From assembly GCA_963783255.1 (NCBI GenBank), contig CAWAMP010000022.1, forward strand, positions 566,761 to 630,760: a stretch of DNA of 64,000 nt, given 5' to 3'. Source of the DNA: an uncultured Acidobacteriota bacterium (GTDB lineage: Bacteria; Acidobacteriota; Vicinamibacteria; Vicinamibacterales; Fen-181). Each line of letters begins with the position of its first letter. Position 1 is the first letter of the stretch. Below, in pieces: positions 48,486 through 58,245 of the stretch. The notes under the pieces were generated by a model. It did not search any database. It was not told the DNA's origin and saw nothing but the letters and a program-made list of their open reading frames with translations. The position numbers and the translations under genes were made by a program.

Positions 48486-51400
48486 TTAGTGCGGGTGTCC
48501 AGACCCCGGGGCCGGCCACTCGACCAACACGCGGTGCTCCAGGGTGCCAGGCTTGGGGGGCGTGGGCGGGCCAAGGCGGTCCGTGATGGCCTGCGCCTCG
48601 GCTGGCCGGCCGAGCCGCACGAGACATTGCGCCTGGAGCCGGTCTTCGAGCCGTTCGTCCACATCCTCCGCGTACGGCTTCCCGGCACCCAGGTTCTCCG
48701 GCCACTCCCGCGCGGCGGCCACGCGCCTCGCGGCTTCGGCCCACCTCCCCGCCCGGGCATCGGCGGCCCCCAGCATCAGCTGCGCCTCGCGGTAGAGCGC
48801 CCGCCCCTCGGTGGCGCCTTCGTACGGCAGGACCCTCAACCTGGCGAGGGCGTCGCCCGCCTCGGCGAACCGCCGACTGAACAGCAGCGCCTTGGCGTGC
48901 AGCATGCCGAGCATGTAGTTGCCGGGCGACGCCTTGAAGTAGCGCGCCGCGATGTCGAGCGCCCGGTCGAACGCCTTGTCGTCAATGAAGCGCTCTGCCA
49001 AGAGCTTGCCGTAGCGCCATTCACGCGGGTCGAGCTCCGCCGCGTGCCGCAGGTCGGCCAGTGAGCTCTCACGCGAGGCCGATTCGAGCGCCTTTGCCCT
49101 CCCCGCGTAGAACGGCGCGAAGTCCGGCACGTTCCCGCAGGAGACGAGGAGGTCGCGCGCCCGCGCCACCTCGTGTCGGCTCCAGAGGACGAGCGCCAGG
49201 TAGTACTTCGGACGCCAGTTCTCGGTCCGGCGCATCGCCCACTCGAACACCCGCGCGCTCTCGGACCGGAACGGGAACACGAGCCGCGGCGACGCCGCGT
49301 CGGCCGTCTTCAGAGTCCCGGCGGCAGCGGGATCGTGGAGCGCGTCCTGGATGAACGCAAGCCAGTAGAAGACTTCGCCCTGCGGAGGCGCCAGTTCGAG
49401 CACCTGCCGGGCCTCGTGCAGCAGCCCGAGGTCGTGATACCAGGAGGCGAGTTCGAGGAACGTCTCGTGCGGCATCTCGTGCCTGACCCCGCCCACGAAC
49501 TCCTTCCGGCTCGTCTCGTCCTTCTGGTTCAGGTAGCGCTCGAACCGAGCGAAGTGGTTGAGGGGAAGGTGCAGCGGAGCCGAGTCGTCGGCGAGAGCCA
49601 GCGTCAGGTTGCCGCGCAGCCGTTCGACCACCGTCGTGAGCTGGAACGCCTCGACGTTGTTCGGGTCCGACAGCCACGCGCGCTCCGTATAGTCCCGAGC
49701 CTTGGCCAGATTCCCGCCCCGGAGGTGGATCTTCGCGAGTTCGACCTCGGCGGCGGACCGAAACGCAGGTGACGAGGCCGCCACCTCGAACCCGTCCAGC
49801 GCGTCCACGATGCGGCCGAGGCGGACCGACGCGAGGCCGTAGTAGTAGTTCGACGCCGGGTCGTACGTGTCGATGGCAAGGCCTCTCCGGGCAAGGTCCC
49901 ACGCGCCCTTGTAGTCCATGGCCCGGTAGCGCACGATCGCCAGGTCGGCGAGCGCGGGAAGGAAGTTCGGGTCCCGTTCGAGGCACGCCTCCAGTTCGGT
50001 CTGAGCCCGGACGTAGTCGCGCTGACGCATCCACTCCTTGCCCTTCAGGTGGAGCCCCTGGACCGACTGCCAGTCGAAGTTCTTCGGCGACTCGACCGGC
50101 CGCGACAGTTCGTCGCCCGCCGCCGGCCGGTAGTCCATCCAGGTCCCGATGCGCACGCGCAGCCGGTCGGCGGGCACCCGCACGTCGACCGACTGCGACC
50201 AGGTCTGCATCGGCGCCAGCGACAATCGGGCCGCGAACACGACCCGCTCGCCGTCGAGCACCTCGAGTGGCTCGTTCAGCAGCACCCGGAGCGGCGAGAA
50301 CCGGAGCTCCATTGCCTTCGCCGTCACGTCCGGCGCGCCCTTCCCCACACCCGGCCGCTTCGTCCCCGGCAGGACGACGTTCAGCGCGCCGTGCTCGTTG
50401 GCCTTGACGTAGCCGCGCGTTTCTTTCACCGGGAACCAGGTACTCGGTCCACGTGTCGGTCGAGTACCGGCTCGAAGCCGCGGTGCTTGAACGGCGTGAG
50501 GGTGCTCCCCTCCGCAGCCTGATTGAACAGCCGGCCCGACTGCACCTCCACGTATTGCCCGTCGGCGTCGGTCAGGAGCTTCTCCCAGATCATCCCTTGT
50601 CGCGACAGGCCCCAGATCCACGCCTTCTTCCCGAGCTTGTCGTCGCGCGTCGAGTACCGCCCCATCCCGAAGTCGTCGTCGTGCCAATACGCGCCGAAGA
50701 AATCCGAGTAGCGGCCGAAGACGTGGTAGGACTTGTAGGGGCCGAAGTCGTTTTGTTCGTAGAACGCCAGGTTCCTCCCGTTGCCGGGGTGGATGGGCCA
50801 CGGGAAGACCTCGCCGCCGTGCCCCAGGTAGTGCGTGCCCGGGTAGACCAGCTCGAGATTGCCGGCCGCCTTGATGCCCGCGTTCATCCACGTGTAGTAG
50901 GGCTGCTCGATCGGCGTCGCGTTGTGCCAGACCGAGCGCGTCGTGAAATACGCCTTGTCGTGCGGGAGGGTGATGACGAGCCGCCAGGGCGTGCGCGTCA
51001 GCAGGTCCAGCACGCCGATGACGACCGTCGCGCCGTCCGCGTCGGTCCGCGTCGCGTAGTCCACCGGCGTCGCGCAGTTCGGCGTGTGGCCGATGATGCC
51101 GTAGTTCGGCTCGATCCCGCCGCTCGTCCACGGCCCCCGCATCGCGATGTCGCGGAACTTCACCACCTGATTGTTGTAGATGAACGACCGGGCCGTGGAC
51201 TTCTCGAAGGCCGCCCAGATCTTCCCGCCAATCTCGGGCAGGATCATCACGCGCAGGTGGTCGTTCTCGAGCTCGACGACCGTCCACTCGCGGTCCACCG
51301 GCGTATCCGTGTAGCCCTCGAACCGGAAGTACGGGTAGATCCGGCCGACCTCGGGAATCGGGTTGGGATCGGAGAACGGATAGGTGCGGAAAACCTTCTT

Positions 51401-51502
51401 GAACTCGCGCACGGTCGCGCGGCCGGGCTCCGCGCCCGCCGGCGCTGCCGCCATCAAGACCAGGGCCACCGCCAGCGTCGTCCATCGTCTCCAGGTCTTC
51501 AT
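48486..51502 (-). pseudogene. DUF5107-like (aldose-epimerase-like N-domain + TPR C-domain) secreted protein, frame-disrupted
   Basis: The N-terminal 355 aa lie in ORF 50426..51769 from ATG 51502 (signal peptide, FKKVFRTYPFSDPNPIP). The C-terminal 650 aa lie in ORF 48486..51485 (WFPVKETRGYVKANEHG, then TPR-like repeats). The frames change at about 50437-50470. Confidence 0.7.
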
Positions 51503-51574
51503 TGTGGGTCGGATTCTAGCACCCCTTGACGCCCGCCGGCCTCGCGGTGAAACATCGTGGACCCGAGGTGGCCG

Positions 51575-51793
51575 ATGCGAGCCCGACTGTCGGTGGTCAC
51601 GGCGTTCGTCCCAGCACTGGCGCTGGTGGCCGGCCTGCCGTTCGTGAACCGTCTTGAGCCGATGGTGTTCGGCCTGCCCTTTCTCCTGTCCTGGATCCTC
51701 GGCTGGGTGCTGGCGACCCCGCTCTTTCTGGCCGCCGCCTACCTCCTGGCCGATCGGACGTCCGATCATCCGGAAGACGGGTCGCGCGGATGA
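51575..51793 (+). CDS. DUF3311-like small membrane protein partnered with a symporter
   Basis: A 72-aa protein with two TM helices and GAGGTG 5 nt before the ATG. Its stop overlaps the symporter ATG (ATGA at 51790-51793). Confidence 0.55.
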   Translation: MRARLSVVTAFVPALALVAGLPFVNRLEPMVFGLPFLLSWILGWVLATPLFLAAAYLLADRTSDHPEDGSRG

Positions 51794-53223
51794 CGGTCCC
51801 CCTGCTCGTCATTCTGGCGTTCATCCTCGCGTCGGCGGCGGTCGGGATGGTGGGACGCGGCCGGGGCGAGATGAACCTCGAACGGTGGACGGTCGGCGGC
51901 CGCCGTTTCGGCCTCATCCTCGTCTGGCTGCTGATGGCCGGAGAGATCTACACGACGTTCACGTTTCTCGGGGCGAGCGGCTGGGCCTATTCGCGGGGCG
52001 CCCCGGCCTTCTACATCCTCGCCTACGGCACGATCGGCTACATCATCTCGTTCTTCCTGCTCCCGCCGGTCTGGCGCATGGCGAAGCGCCTCGGCCTCCA
52101 CACGCAGCCCGACTTCTTCCTCGCGCGATACGGCAGCCCGGCGCTCGCCGGGATGGTGGCGGTCGTCGGCGTCGTCTCGATCGTGCCCTACCTGCAACTC
52201 CAACTCGCGGGCCTCGGCATGATCGTCGAGACCGCCAGCGGCGGAGCGATCGCCTCGGCTCCGGCCATCGTCCTCGCCTTCGTGCTGACGTGCGTCTTCG
52301 TCTACACGAGCGGCCTGAAGGGAATCGCGTGGGTCGCCATCGTCAAGGACGTTTCGATGGTGGTCGCCATCGTGGTCATCGGCGTCGGCCTGCCCGCGAT
52401 GTACTTCGGCAGCCTGCGCGGAATGCTGGCCGAGCTCGTCCGGCAACATCCCGCCCACCTGACGTTTCCGGGCGCGACGACGACGATGGACGTGGGGTGG
52501 GTGGCCAGCACCATCCTGCTGACCGGCATGGGCTTCTACTGCTGGCCGCACGGGTTTGCGGCGACATTCTCGGCGAAGGACGAGCGCACGATCCGGCGCA
52601 ACGCCGTGATCATGCCGCTCTACCAGATCCCGATCCTGCTCGTCTTCTTCGTCGGATTCACGGCCCTGCTCGTCCTGCCCGGCCTCGAGCAGCCGGACAA
52701 GGCACTGCTGACGCTGGTCACCCGCAGCTACCCGGGCTGGTTCGCCGGGTTCGTGGGCGGCGCCGGGGCGGTCACGGCGATGGTCCCCGCGTCGATGCTG
52801 CTGCTGGTCTCGTCGACGCTCGTGGCCAAGAACATCTACCGGCCGCTGCGACGGTGCGAGGTGGGCGACGCGGAACTGATGCGCGCCTCGCGCGGGTTCA
52901 TGCTGGTCATCGCGGTCGTCGCGCTGGTGCTGGCGCTCTGGTCACCCAACGAGCTGGTGAAGCTGCTGATCTTCGGCTACGACGGGATTGCGCAGTTCTT
53001 CCCCGGCATCGCCCTGGGTGTGTTCACCCGCCGAGTCAGTGCGCGCCCGGTCATCCTGGGCCTCGTCGCCGGAGAAGCCGTCGTCATCTCGCTGATCTGG
53101 ACCGGCCACGACCCGTTCCTGGGCATGAACGCCGGGTTCGTGGGACTCGCCGTCAACGGACTGGTCGCACTGGTGTCGATGGCGATCGGTGGCTCGCCCG
53201 CGGCACTCGAGGGCGAGGCGTGA
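51790..53223 (+). CDS. sodium:solute symporter (SSS) family transporter
   Basis: A 477-aa polytopic protein (GRRFGLILVWLLMAGEIYTTFTFLGASGWAY). It is translationally coupled to the upstream small membrane protein. Confidence 0.9.
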   Translation: MTVPLLVILAFILASAAVGMVGRGRGEMNLERWTVGGRRFGLILVWLLMAGEIYTTFTFLGASGWAYSRGAPAFYILAYGTIGYIISFFLLPPVWRMAKRLGLHTQPDFFLARYGSPALAGMVAVVGVVSIVPYLQLQLAGLGMIVETASGGAIASAPAIVLAFVLTCVFVYTSGLKGIAWVAIVKDVSMVVAIVVIGVGLPAMYFGSLRGMLAELVRQHPAHLTFPGATTTMDVGWVASTILLTGMGFYCWPHGFAATFSAKDERTIRRNAVIMPLYQIPILLVFFVGFTALLVLPGLEQPDKALLTLVTRSYPGWFAGFVGGAGAVTAMVPASMLLLVSSTLVAKNIYRPLRRCEVGDAELMRASRGFMLVIAVVALVLALWSPNELVKLLIFGYDGIAQFFPGIALGVFTRRVSARPVILGLVAGEAVVISLIWTGHDPFLGMNAGFVGLAVNGLVALVSMAIGGSPAALEGEA

Positions 53224-53305
53224 GTCCGCAGTCATCCGTTCTGAGTTCGGAGTTCGGAGTTCTGAGTTCTGAGTTGTGAGTGGTGAGTGGTGAGGCGAGA
53301 GGAAC
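53222..53305 (+). repeat. 7-nt-period array, locus F (12 phased heptamers filling the whole spacer from stop to start codon)
   Basis: Units read GAGTCCG CAGTCAT CCGTTCT GAGTTCG GAGTTCG GAGTTCT GAGTTCT GAGTTGT GAGTGGT GAGTGGT GAGGCGA GAGGAAC, then AC-ATG (53308). Confidence 0.9.
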
Positions 53306-53307
53306 AC

Positions 53308-54471
53308 ATGGACAGGGCACTGGCGGCAGAAGTCGAGTCGATGGCCGGCACGCTGGTGGCGTGGCGGCGCGACTTCCACCGGCACCCGGAACTCGGGTTC
53401 GAGGAGCACCGGACGTCCGGCGTGGTGCGCGCGTTCCTCGAGGCGACGGGCATCGAAGTCCGCTCGTGCGGCAGGACGGGGCTCCGGGGCTTCCTCCGAG
53501 GCGGAAGGGCGGGCCGGACCGTGGCGCTTCGCGCCGACATGGACGCGCTGCCGGTCGCCGAGATCGCCGACCACGACTACCAGTCCGAGCATCAGGGCGT
53601 CATGCACGCGTGCGGGCACGACGGCCACATGGCCATCCTGATGGGCGCCGCCAGGATCCTGGCCGCCCGGCGCGACACGCTCGCCGGAAACGTCGTGTTC
53701 CTGTTCCAGCCGTCCGAGGAGAGATCGCCGGGCGGCGCGCCGCTCATGATCGAGGAAGGCGCCCTCGAGGGAGTGGACAGCATCTTCGGCCTTCACCTGT
53801 GGCAGCCACTGCCTTCGGGCGTCGTGGGCCTGCGCGCGGGCGCCATGATGGCGCAGGCCGACGAGTTCGAGGTGGTCGTCCACGGTCGCGGCGGCCACGC
53901 GTCGCAGCCGCAGATGACGGTCGATCCCGTCGTGGTCGCCTCGCACCTCGTCGTCGCGGCGCAGACCATCGTCAGCCGGTTCGCGGACCCGGTGAAAGCC
54001 GCCGTCGTGTCGTTCACCACGATCCACGGCGGTCGGATTCACAACATCATCCCCGACTCGGTGACGATGGCCGGGACCGTGCGGACGCTCGACCTGGCGA
54101 CTCAGCGGGCCGTGAAGCAGCGGCTCGGCGAGGTGTGCGAGGCGACGTGCCGGTTGTTCGGCGCCACCGCCGAATTCACGTACGCGGACGGCTATCCGCC
54201 GCTGCTGAACGACGAGTCGTCGGTGGACCTCGTGTCCCGCGCGGCCGCCCGCGAACTGGGCGCCGACCGCGTCCGAACCATCGCGCCGGTGATGGGCGGC
54301 GAGGATTTCGCGTACTTTCTGCAGCGCGTCCCCGGAGCGTTCGCGATGCTGGGCACCGGCGACAACCGGCCGTACCCGCACCACAACGCGCGGTTCGACA
54401 TCGACGAGAGCGTCCTGCCGATCGGTGTGCGGCTGATGACCGCCGTCGCGCTGGAGATGATGCAGGGGTAG
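53308..54471 (+). CDS. M20D-family amidohydrolase (N-acyl-amino-acid amidohydrolase / hippuricase type)
   Basis: It contains WRRDFHRHPELGFEE, MHACGHDGH, FQPSEE and the GGEDFAYF blocks of M20D. Confidence 0.9.
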   Translation: MDRALAAEVESMAGTLVAWRRDFHRHPELGFEEHRTSGVVRAFLEATGIEVRSCGRTGLRGFLRGGRAGRTVALRADMDALPVAEIADHDYQSEHQGVMHACGHDGHMAILMGAARILAARRDTLAGNVVFLFQPSEERSPGGAPLMIEEGALEGVDSIFGLHLWQPLPSGVVGLRAGAMMAQADEFEVVVHGRGGHASQPQMTVDPVVVASHLVVAAQTIVSRFADPVKAAVVSFTTIHGGRIHNIIPDSVTMAGTVRTLDLATQRAVKQRLGEVCEATCRLFGATAEFTYADGYPPLLNDESSVDLVSRAAARELGADRVRTIAPVMGGEDFAYFLQRVPGAFAMLGTGDNRPYPHHNARFDIDESVLPIGVRLMTAVALEMMQG

Positions 54472-54596
54472 ACCGCAGCCGCTTGCGACTGGCGGCCCTT
54501 CGACACGCTCAACGTTCTCCCGACCCAAGTCGAGGGACGATTGGCGGCGGCGCGAGTTGATTGAACGCACCCGTTCGGCTATACGATAATCCCCCC

Positions 54597-55956
54597 ATGA
54601 GATACGTCGCTGTCGTCGCCATCGCCCTCGCCGTGCTCGCGGCCCCGCTCGGTGCCGCCGACGCCTGGCGGCCCCTGTTCAACGGACGAACCCTCGACGG
54701 CTGGGTGGCCTGCAACGGCACGGCGCCGTTCACGGTCGAGGACGGCGCCATCGTCGGCAGGACCGTCGTCGGCTCGCCGAACAGCTTCCTCTGCACCAAG
54801 GAGGCGTTTGGCGACTTCATTCTCGAGTACGAGGCCCGGATCGAGTCGGAGATGAACAGCGGCGTCCAGGTCCGCGGCATCAGCGACCCGGCCATCAAGG
54901 GCGGCCGCGTGCACGGCTACCAGGTGGAGATCGACCCGTCGGCCCGCGCGTGGACCGGTGGCATCTACGACGAGGCGCGCCGCGGCTGGCTGCACACGCT
55001 CGAGGGGCAGAAGGACGCGCAACAGGCCATCCGCAAGGGCGAATGGAACCGATTCCGCGTCGAGGCCATCGGCACGTCCATCCGGACGTGGCTGAACGGC
55101 GTCCCGTGCGCGGACATCGTCGACGATCTGACGCCGCGCGGCATCGTTGCGCTCCAGGTGCACGCGATCGGATCGGACCAGACCAAGGTGGGCGAGACCA
55201 TACGATTCCGCAACATCCGCGTGCTCACCGAGAACCTGGAGAGGAACCGGACGAAGGACCTCAAGGACACGCCGCAGTTCAACTACATCCCGAACACGGT
55301 CAGCGAACGCGAGAGGGCCGACCGCTGGACGCTGCTCTGGGACGGCAAGACGACGGCGGGCTGGCGGGGCGCGAAACTGGATCGGTTCCCGGCCTCCGGC
55401 TGGGAGATCAGGAACGGCGAGCTCTCGGTGCTCGAAGCCGAGGGGCGCGAGGCGGCGGCCGGCGGCGACATCGTCACCGTCGCGAAGTACAAGGACTTCG
55501 AGCTGATCGTCGACTTTAGCATCACCAAGGGCGCCAACAGCGGCATCAAGTACTTCGTCGACACCGAACTCAACAAGGGCGAAGGGTCCTCAATCGGCTG
55601 CGAGTTCCAGATCCTCGATGACGCGGTGCACCCGGATGCCAAGCTGGGGGTGAACGGCAACCGGAAGCTGGCCGGGCTGTACGACCTCATACCGCCGCGG
55701 AACGTGCGGTTCAATGGCGTCGGCGAGTGGAACCGCGCGCGGATCGTCGTCCGCGGCTCCCGCGTCGAGCACTGGATGAACGGGTTCAAAACGGCGGAGT
55801 ACGAGCGCGGCACCCAGCTGTGGCGCGCGCTGGTCGATCACAGCAAGTACACGGTGTGGCCGGCGTTCGGCGAGGCGCCCACCGGCCACATCCTGCTGCA
55901 GGACCACGGCAACCGCGTGTCCTTCCGGTCGATCAAGAATCAGGAAGCTGGAATAG
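54597..55956 (+). pseudogene. secreted protein with two DUF1080 (3-keto-disaccharide hydrolase-like) domains; native stop lost through a +1 frame error
   Basis: It has a signal peptide. Two repeats match WRPLFNGRTLDGW...FRNIRV and WTLLWDGKTTAGWRG...VSFRSIK. Deleting one A at 55938-55939 gives ...VSFRSIKIRKLE-TAG (stop 55954-55956). As given, the ORF reads on antisense to the S46 gene as far as 56936. Confidence 0.75.
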
Positions 55957-55967
55957 GCAGAGGGCCG

Positions 55968-58133
55968 CTACTGCACGCCCATCTCCTTCAGCAGGAACCC
56001 GGCCTTGCCGACCTTCTCGGTGACCCAGAGCACGTAGCGGATGTCGACGGCGATCGAGCGGCTGTAGGCCTCGTTCCACGCGTAGTCGTTGATGGTGGCG
56101 CCCCAGGCGCGATCGAAGTTCACGCCGACCAGTTCGCCCTTCGCGTTCATCACCGGACTGCCCGAATTCCCGCCCGTCGTGTCGGTGTTGTAGAGAATCG
56201 CCACCGGCAGCTCGTTGACCTTCGGCAGCCGGTACCGGCCGTAGTCCTTCGCCTTGAACAGGTCGCGGACCGCCTGCGGCGTCGCGTACGGATACTCGTC
56301 GCGCGTCTTCTGCATGACGCCGGTCAGCGTCGTGATCGGCGTGAGGTGGGTCGCGTCGGCCGGCGAGTAGCCGCGAATGTGTCCGTAGGTGAACCGCAGC
56401 GTGCTGTTGGCGTCGGGCACGAAGTCCTTCTGGAGGAACGCCTGCTTGACGTCGATGAGCAGCGCCGAGAGCTTCGACAGCTCGGCGGCGCGCCGCTGGC
56501 GGGTGTCGCGCAGCTTCTGGAGAAGCGGAGCCACGTCCTTGACGAAGTTCACGAACGGATCGTCGAGCCTCGCCATCTCCTCCGGGGTCCTGCCGATGGC
56601 GCTCGCCAGCCCCTCGGGCGTCTTCAGGGTCGTCGCCGCGAGCGCCTCGTCCACCGCCCTCCCGATGTTCTGGTCCGAGAAGTCGCCGCTCAAGCGGTCG
56701 TCGACCGGGGCAATCCGCTGGTCCTTCGGCAGACGGGCCGCCATCGCGAGCATCTTGCGCAGGAACAGCCTCTCGGCCGGCTCGTGGTAGTTGGCGAAGT
56801 TGGCCGCCGACGCCTTCCTCGTGTCGGCCAGCGCGCCATCCCGGTACGGCGCCGCGCGCTCGGCGCTCGGCCGGGCCATCTCGCGGCTCGCCTCGAACAC
56901 GGTGGTCGCCAGCCGGACGAGCTGGGACATCCCTGACGACGTGCCCGAGAAGGTATCGAGCGCCAGCTCGTACTGCGAGCGGCTCGTCATGTCGGCGTAG
57001 ACCCTCCCGGTCTCTTCGAGCACCGTCCCGTACGCCGCCTTGCGCCGCGGGTTCGCGTCGATGAACTTCTGGAGCGCCGCTTCCTCCTGCCGCTTCGAAG
57101 CCACCAGCCCGAGCCGCCCCATGCCCACGAGCTTCCCGCGGTAGTTCTTCATCGTGTTGGCGAGCCCTCTGATCCGCGCGTCGAACTTGAGCGCCGTCCC
57201 GCGATCCGCGCGGCCCAGCTCCTCCATCGTCCGGATCTGCCACTCGTTGAGATCGGCGACGAACGGCATGCGCACGTCCTCCTCGTACGCCATGTAGAAG
57301 GAGGTCTGGTGCCGGTAGGTACGGCCGGGATACCCGAGGATGAAGACGAAGTCCTCCTCGTTGACGCCCTGCGGGTTCACCTTGAGGAACCGCTTCGGGT
57401 GATACGGCACGTTGGTCACCGCGTAGTCCGCCGGCTTGCCGTCGGCCGCGGCGTACGCGCGCAGGAACGAGAAGTCTCCGGTGTGGCGCGGCCACACCCA
57501 GTTGTCGTCTTCGCCGCCGAACTCGCCGATCGAGCGCGGCGGCACGTACGCCAGCCGGACGTCTCTGAGCGTGGTCGAGATGAACATCAGGTACGACTTC
57601 CCGGGCAGCATCTCGGAAATGCCGATGGACTTGCCCGGCAGGTCCTTCTCGGCCGCCCTCGTCAATTCGGCGATGCGCCCTTCGATCGCCTTCGCGCGTC
57701 CGATCGGGTCCATCGTGTCCGTCACGGCGCTCATCACCTGGGCGGTCACGTCGCGCATCTGCTCGGTGATGCGCGCCGTCATGCCGCGGGCGCGGATCTC
57801 GTCGGAACGCGTGGCGGCGAGGAACCCGTTGGTCAGGTAGTCCCTCTCCACCGTGCTCACGGCCTGCACGGCGCTGAACACGCAGTGGTGATTGGTGATG
57901 ATCAGGCCGTCGGGCGAAACGAACGACGCGCTGCACCCGCCGAGGCTGACGATGCCCTCGATGAGGCTCGTGCCCTTCGGGTTGTAGATCTCGTCGGTCT
58001 CGATCTTCAGCCCCTTTTCCTTGAGCTTGAGGCCCGCGATCGACGTAATCGGGTACATCCCCTCTTCGCCGATCGTCGGGCGGAGAAGGGCCGCACACAG
58101 GATGATGGCAACGGCAAGCGCGCGTCGAGGCAT
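55968..58133 (-). CDS. S46-family dipeptidyl-peptidase (DPP7/DPP11 type)
   Basis: GGCSASFVSPDGLIITNHHC is the catalytic His block, and GGNSGSPV is the Ser block. The ATG at 58133 has GAAGGAG 7 nt upstream. Confidence 0.9.
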   Translation of the reverse strand: MPRRALAVAIILCAALLRPTIGEEGMYPITSIAGLKLKEKGLKIETDEIYNPKGTSLIEGIVSLGGCSASFVSPDGLIITNHHCVFSAVQAVSTVERDYLTNGFLAATRSDEIRARGMTARITEQMRDVTAQVMSAVTDTMDPIGRAKAIEGRIAELTRAAEKDLPGKSIGISEMLPGKSYLMFISTTLRDVRLAYVPPRSIGEFGGEDDNWVWPRHTGDFSFLRAYAAADGKPADYAVTNVPYHPKRFLKVNPQGVNEEDFVFILGYPGRTYRHQTSFYMAYEEDVRMPFVADLNEWQIRTMEELGRADRGTALKFDARIRGLANTMKNYRGKLVGMGRLGLVASKRQEEAALQKFIDANPRRKAAYGTVLEETGRVYADMTSRSQYELALDTFSGTSSGMSQLVRLATTVFEASREMARPSAERAAPYRDGALADTRKASAANFANYHEPAERLFLRKMLAMAARLPKDQRIAPVDDRLSGDFSDQNIGRAVDEALAATTLKTPEGLASAIGRTPEEMARLDDPFVNFVKDVAPLLQKLRDTRQRRAAELSKLSALLIDVKQAFLQKDFVPDANSTLRFTYGHIRGYSPADATHLTPITTLTGVMQKTRDEYPYATPQAVRDLFKAKDYGRYRLPKVNELPVAILYNTDTTGGNSGSPVMNAKGELVGVNFDRAWGATINDYAWNEAYSRSIAVDIRYVLWVTEKVGKAGFLLKEMGVQ

Positions 58134-58157
58134 GAACGGGCTCCTTCTCACAAGGAT

Positions 58158-58241
58158 GGCTCCTGGCTCTTGGCTCTCGGCTCCCGGCTCTCGGCAGAGA
58201 GCCAGACGCGGCCTGAGGCCGAAGGTCGAGAGCCCAGAGCC
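58158..58241. repeat. 7-nt-period array, locus H (12 phased heptamers with inverted arms)
   Basis: Units read GGCTCCT GGCTCTT GGCTCTC GGCTCCC GGCTCTC GGCAGAG AGCCAGA CGCGGCC TGAGGCC GAAGGTC GAGAGCC CAGAGCC. There is a perfect hairpin, GGCTCTC-GGCA-GAGAGCC (58186-58203). Confidence 0.85.
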
Positions 58242-58245
58242 GGTA

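Noticed and set aside
48486-51485. The 999-aa ORF taken as an intact protein.
   Set aside because: Its first 340 or so residues are out-of-frame junk. The true N-terminus is in ORF 50426..51769, and the two parts join at about 50437-50470.
54561-56936. The 791-aa ORF as a genuine long protein overlapping the S46 gene.
   Set aside because: Beyond residue 459 or so the product is Arg/Val/Gly-rich and antisense to a strongly supported gene. A one-base correction gives a natural DUF1080 C-terminus and a stop at 55956.
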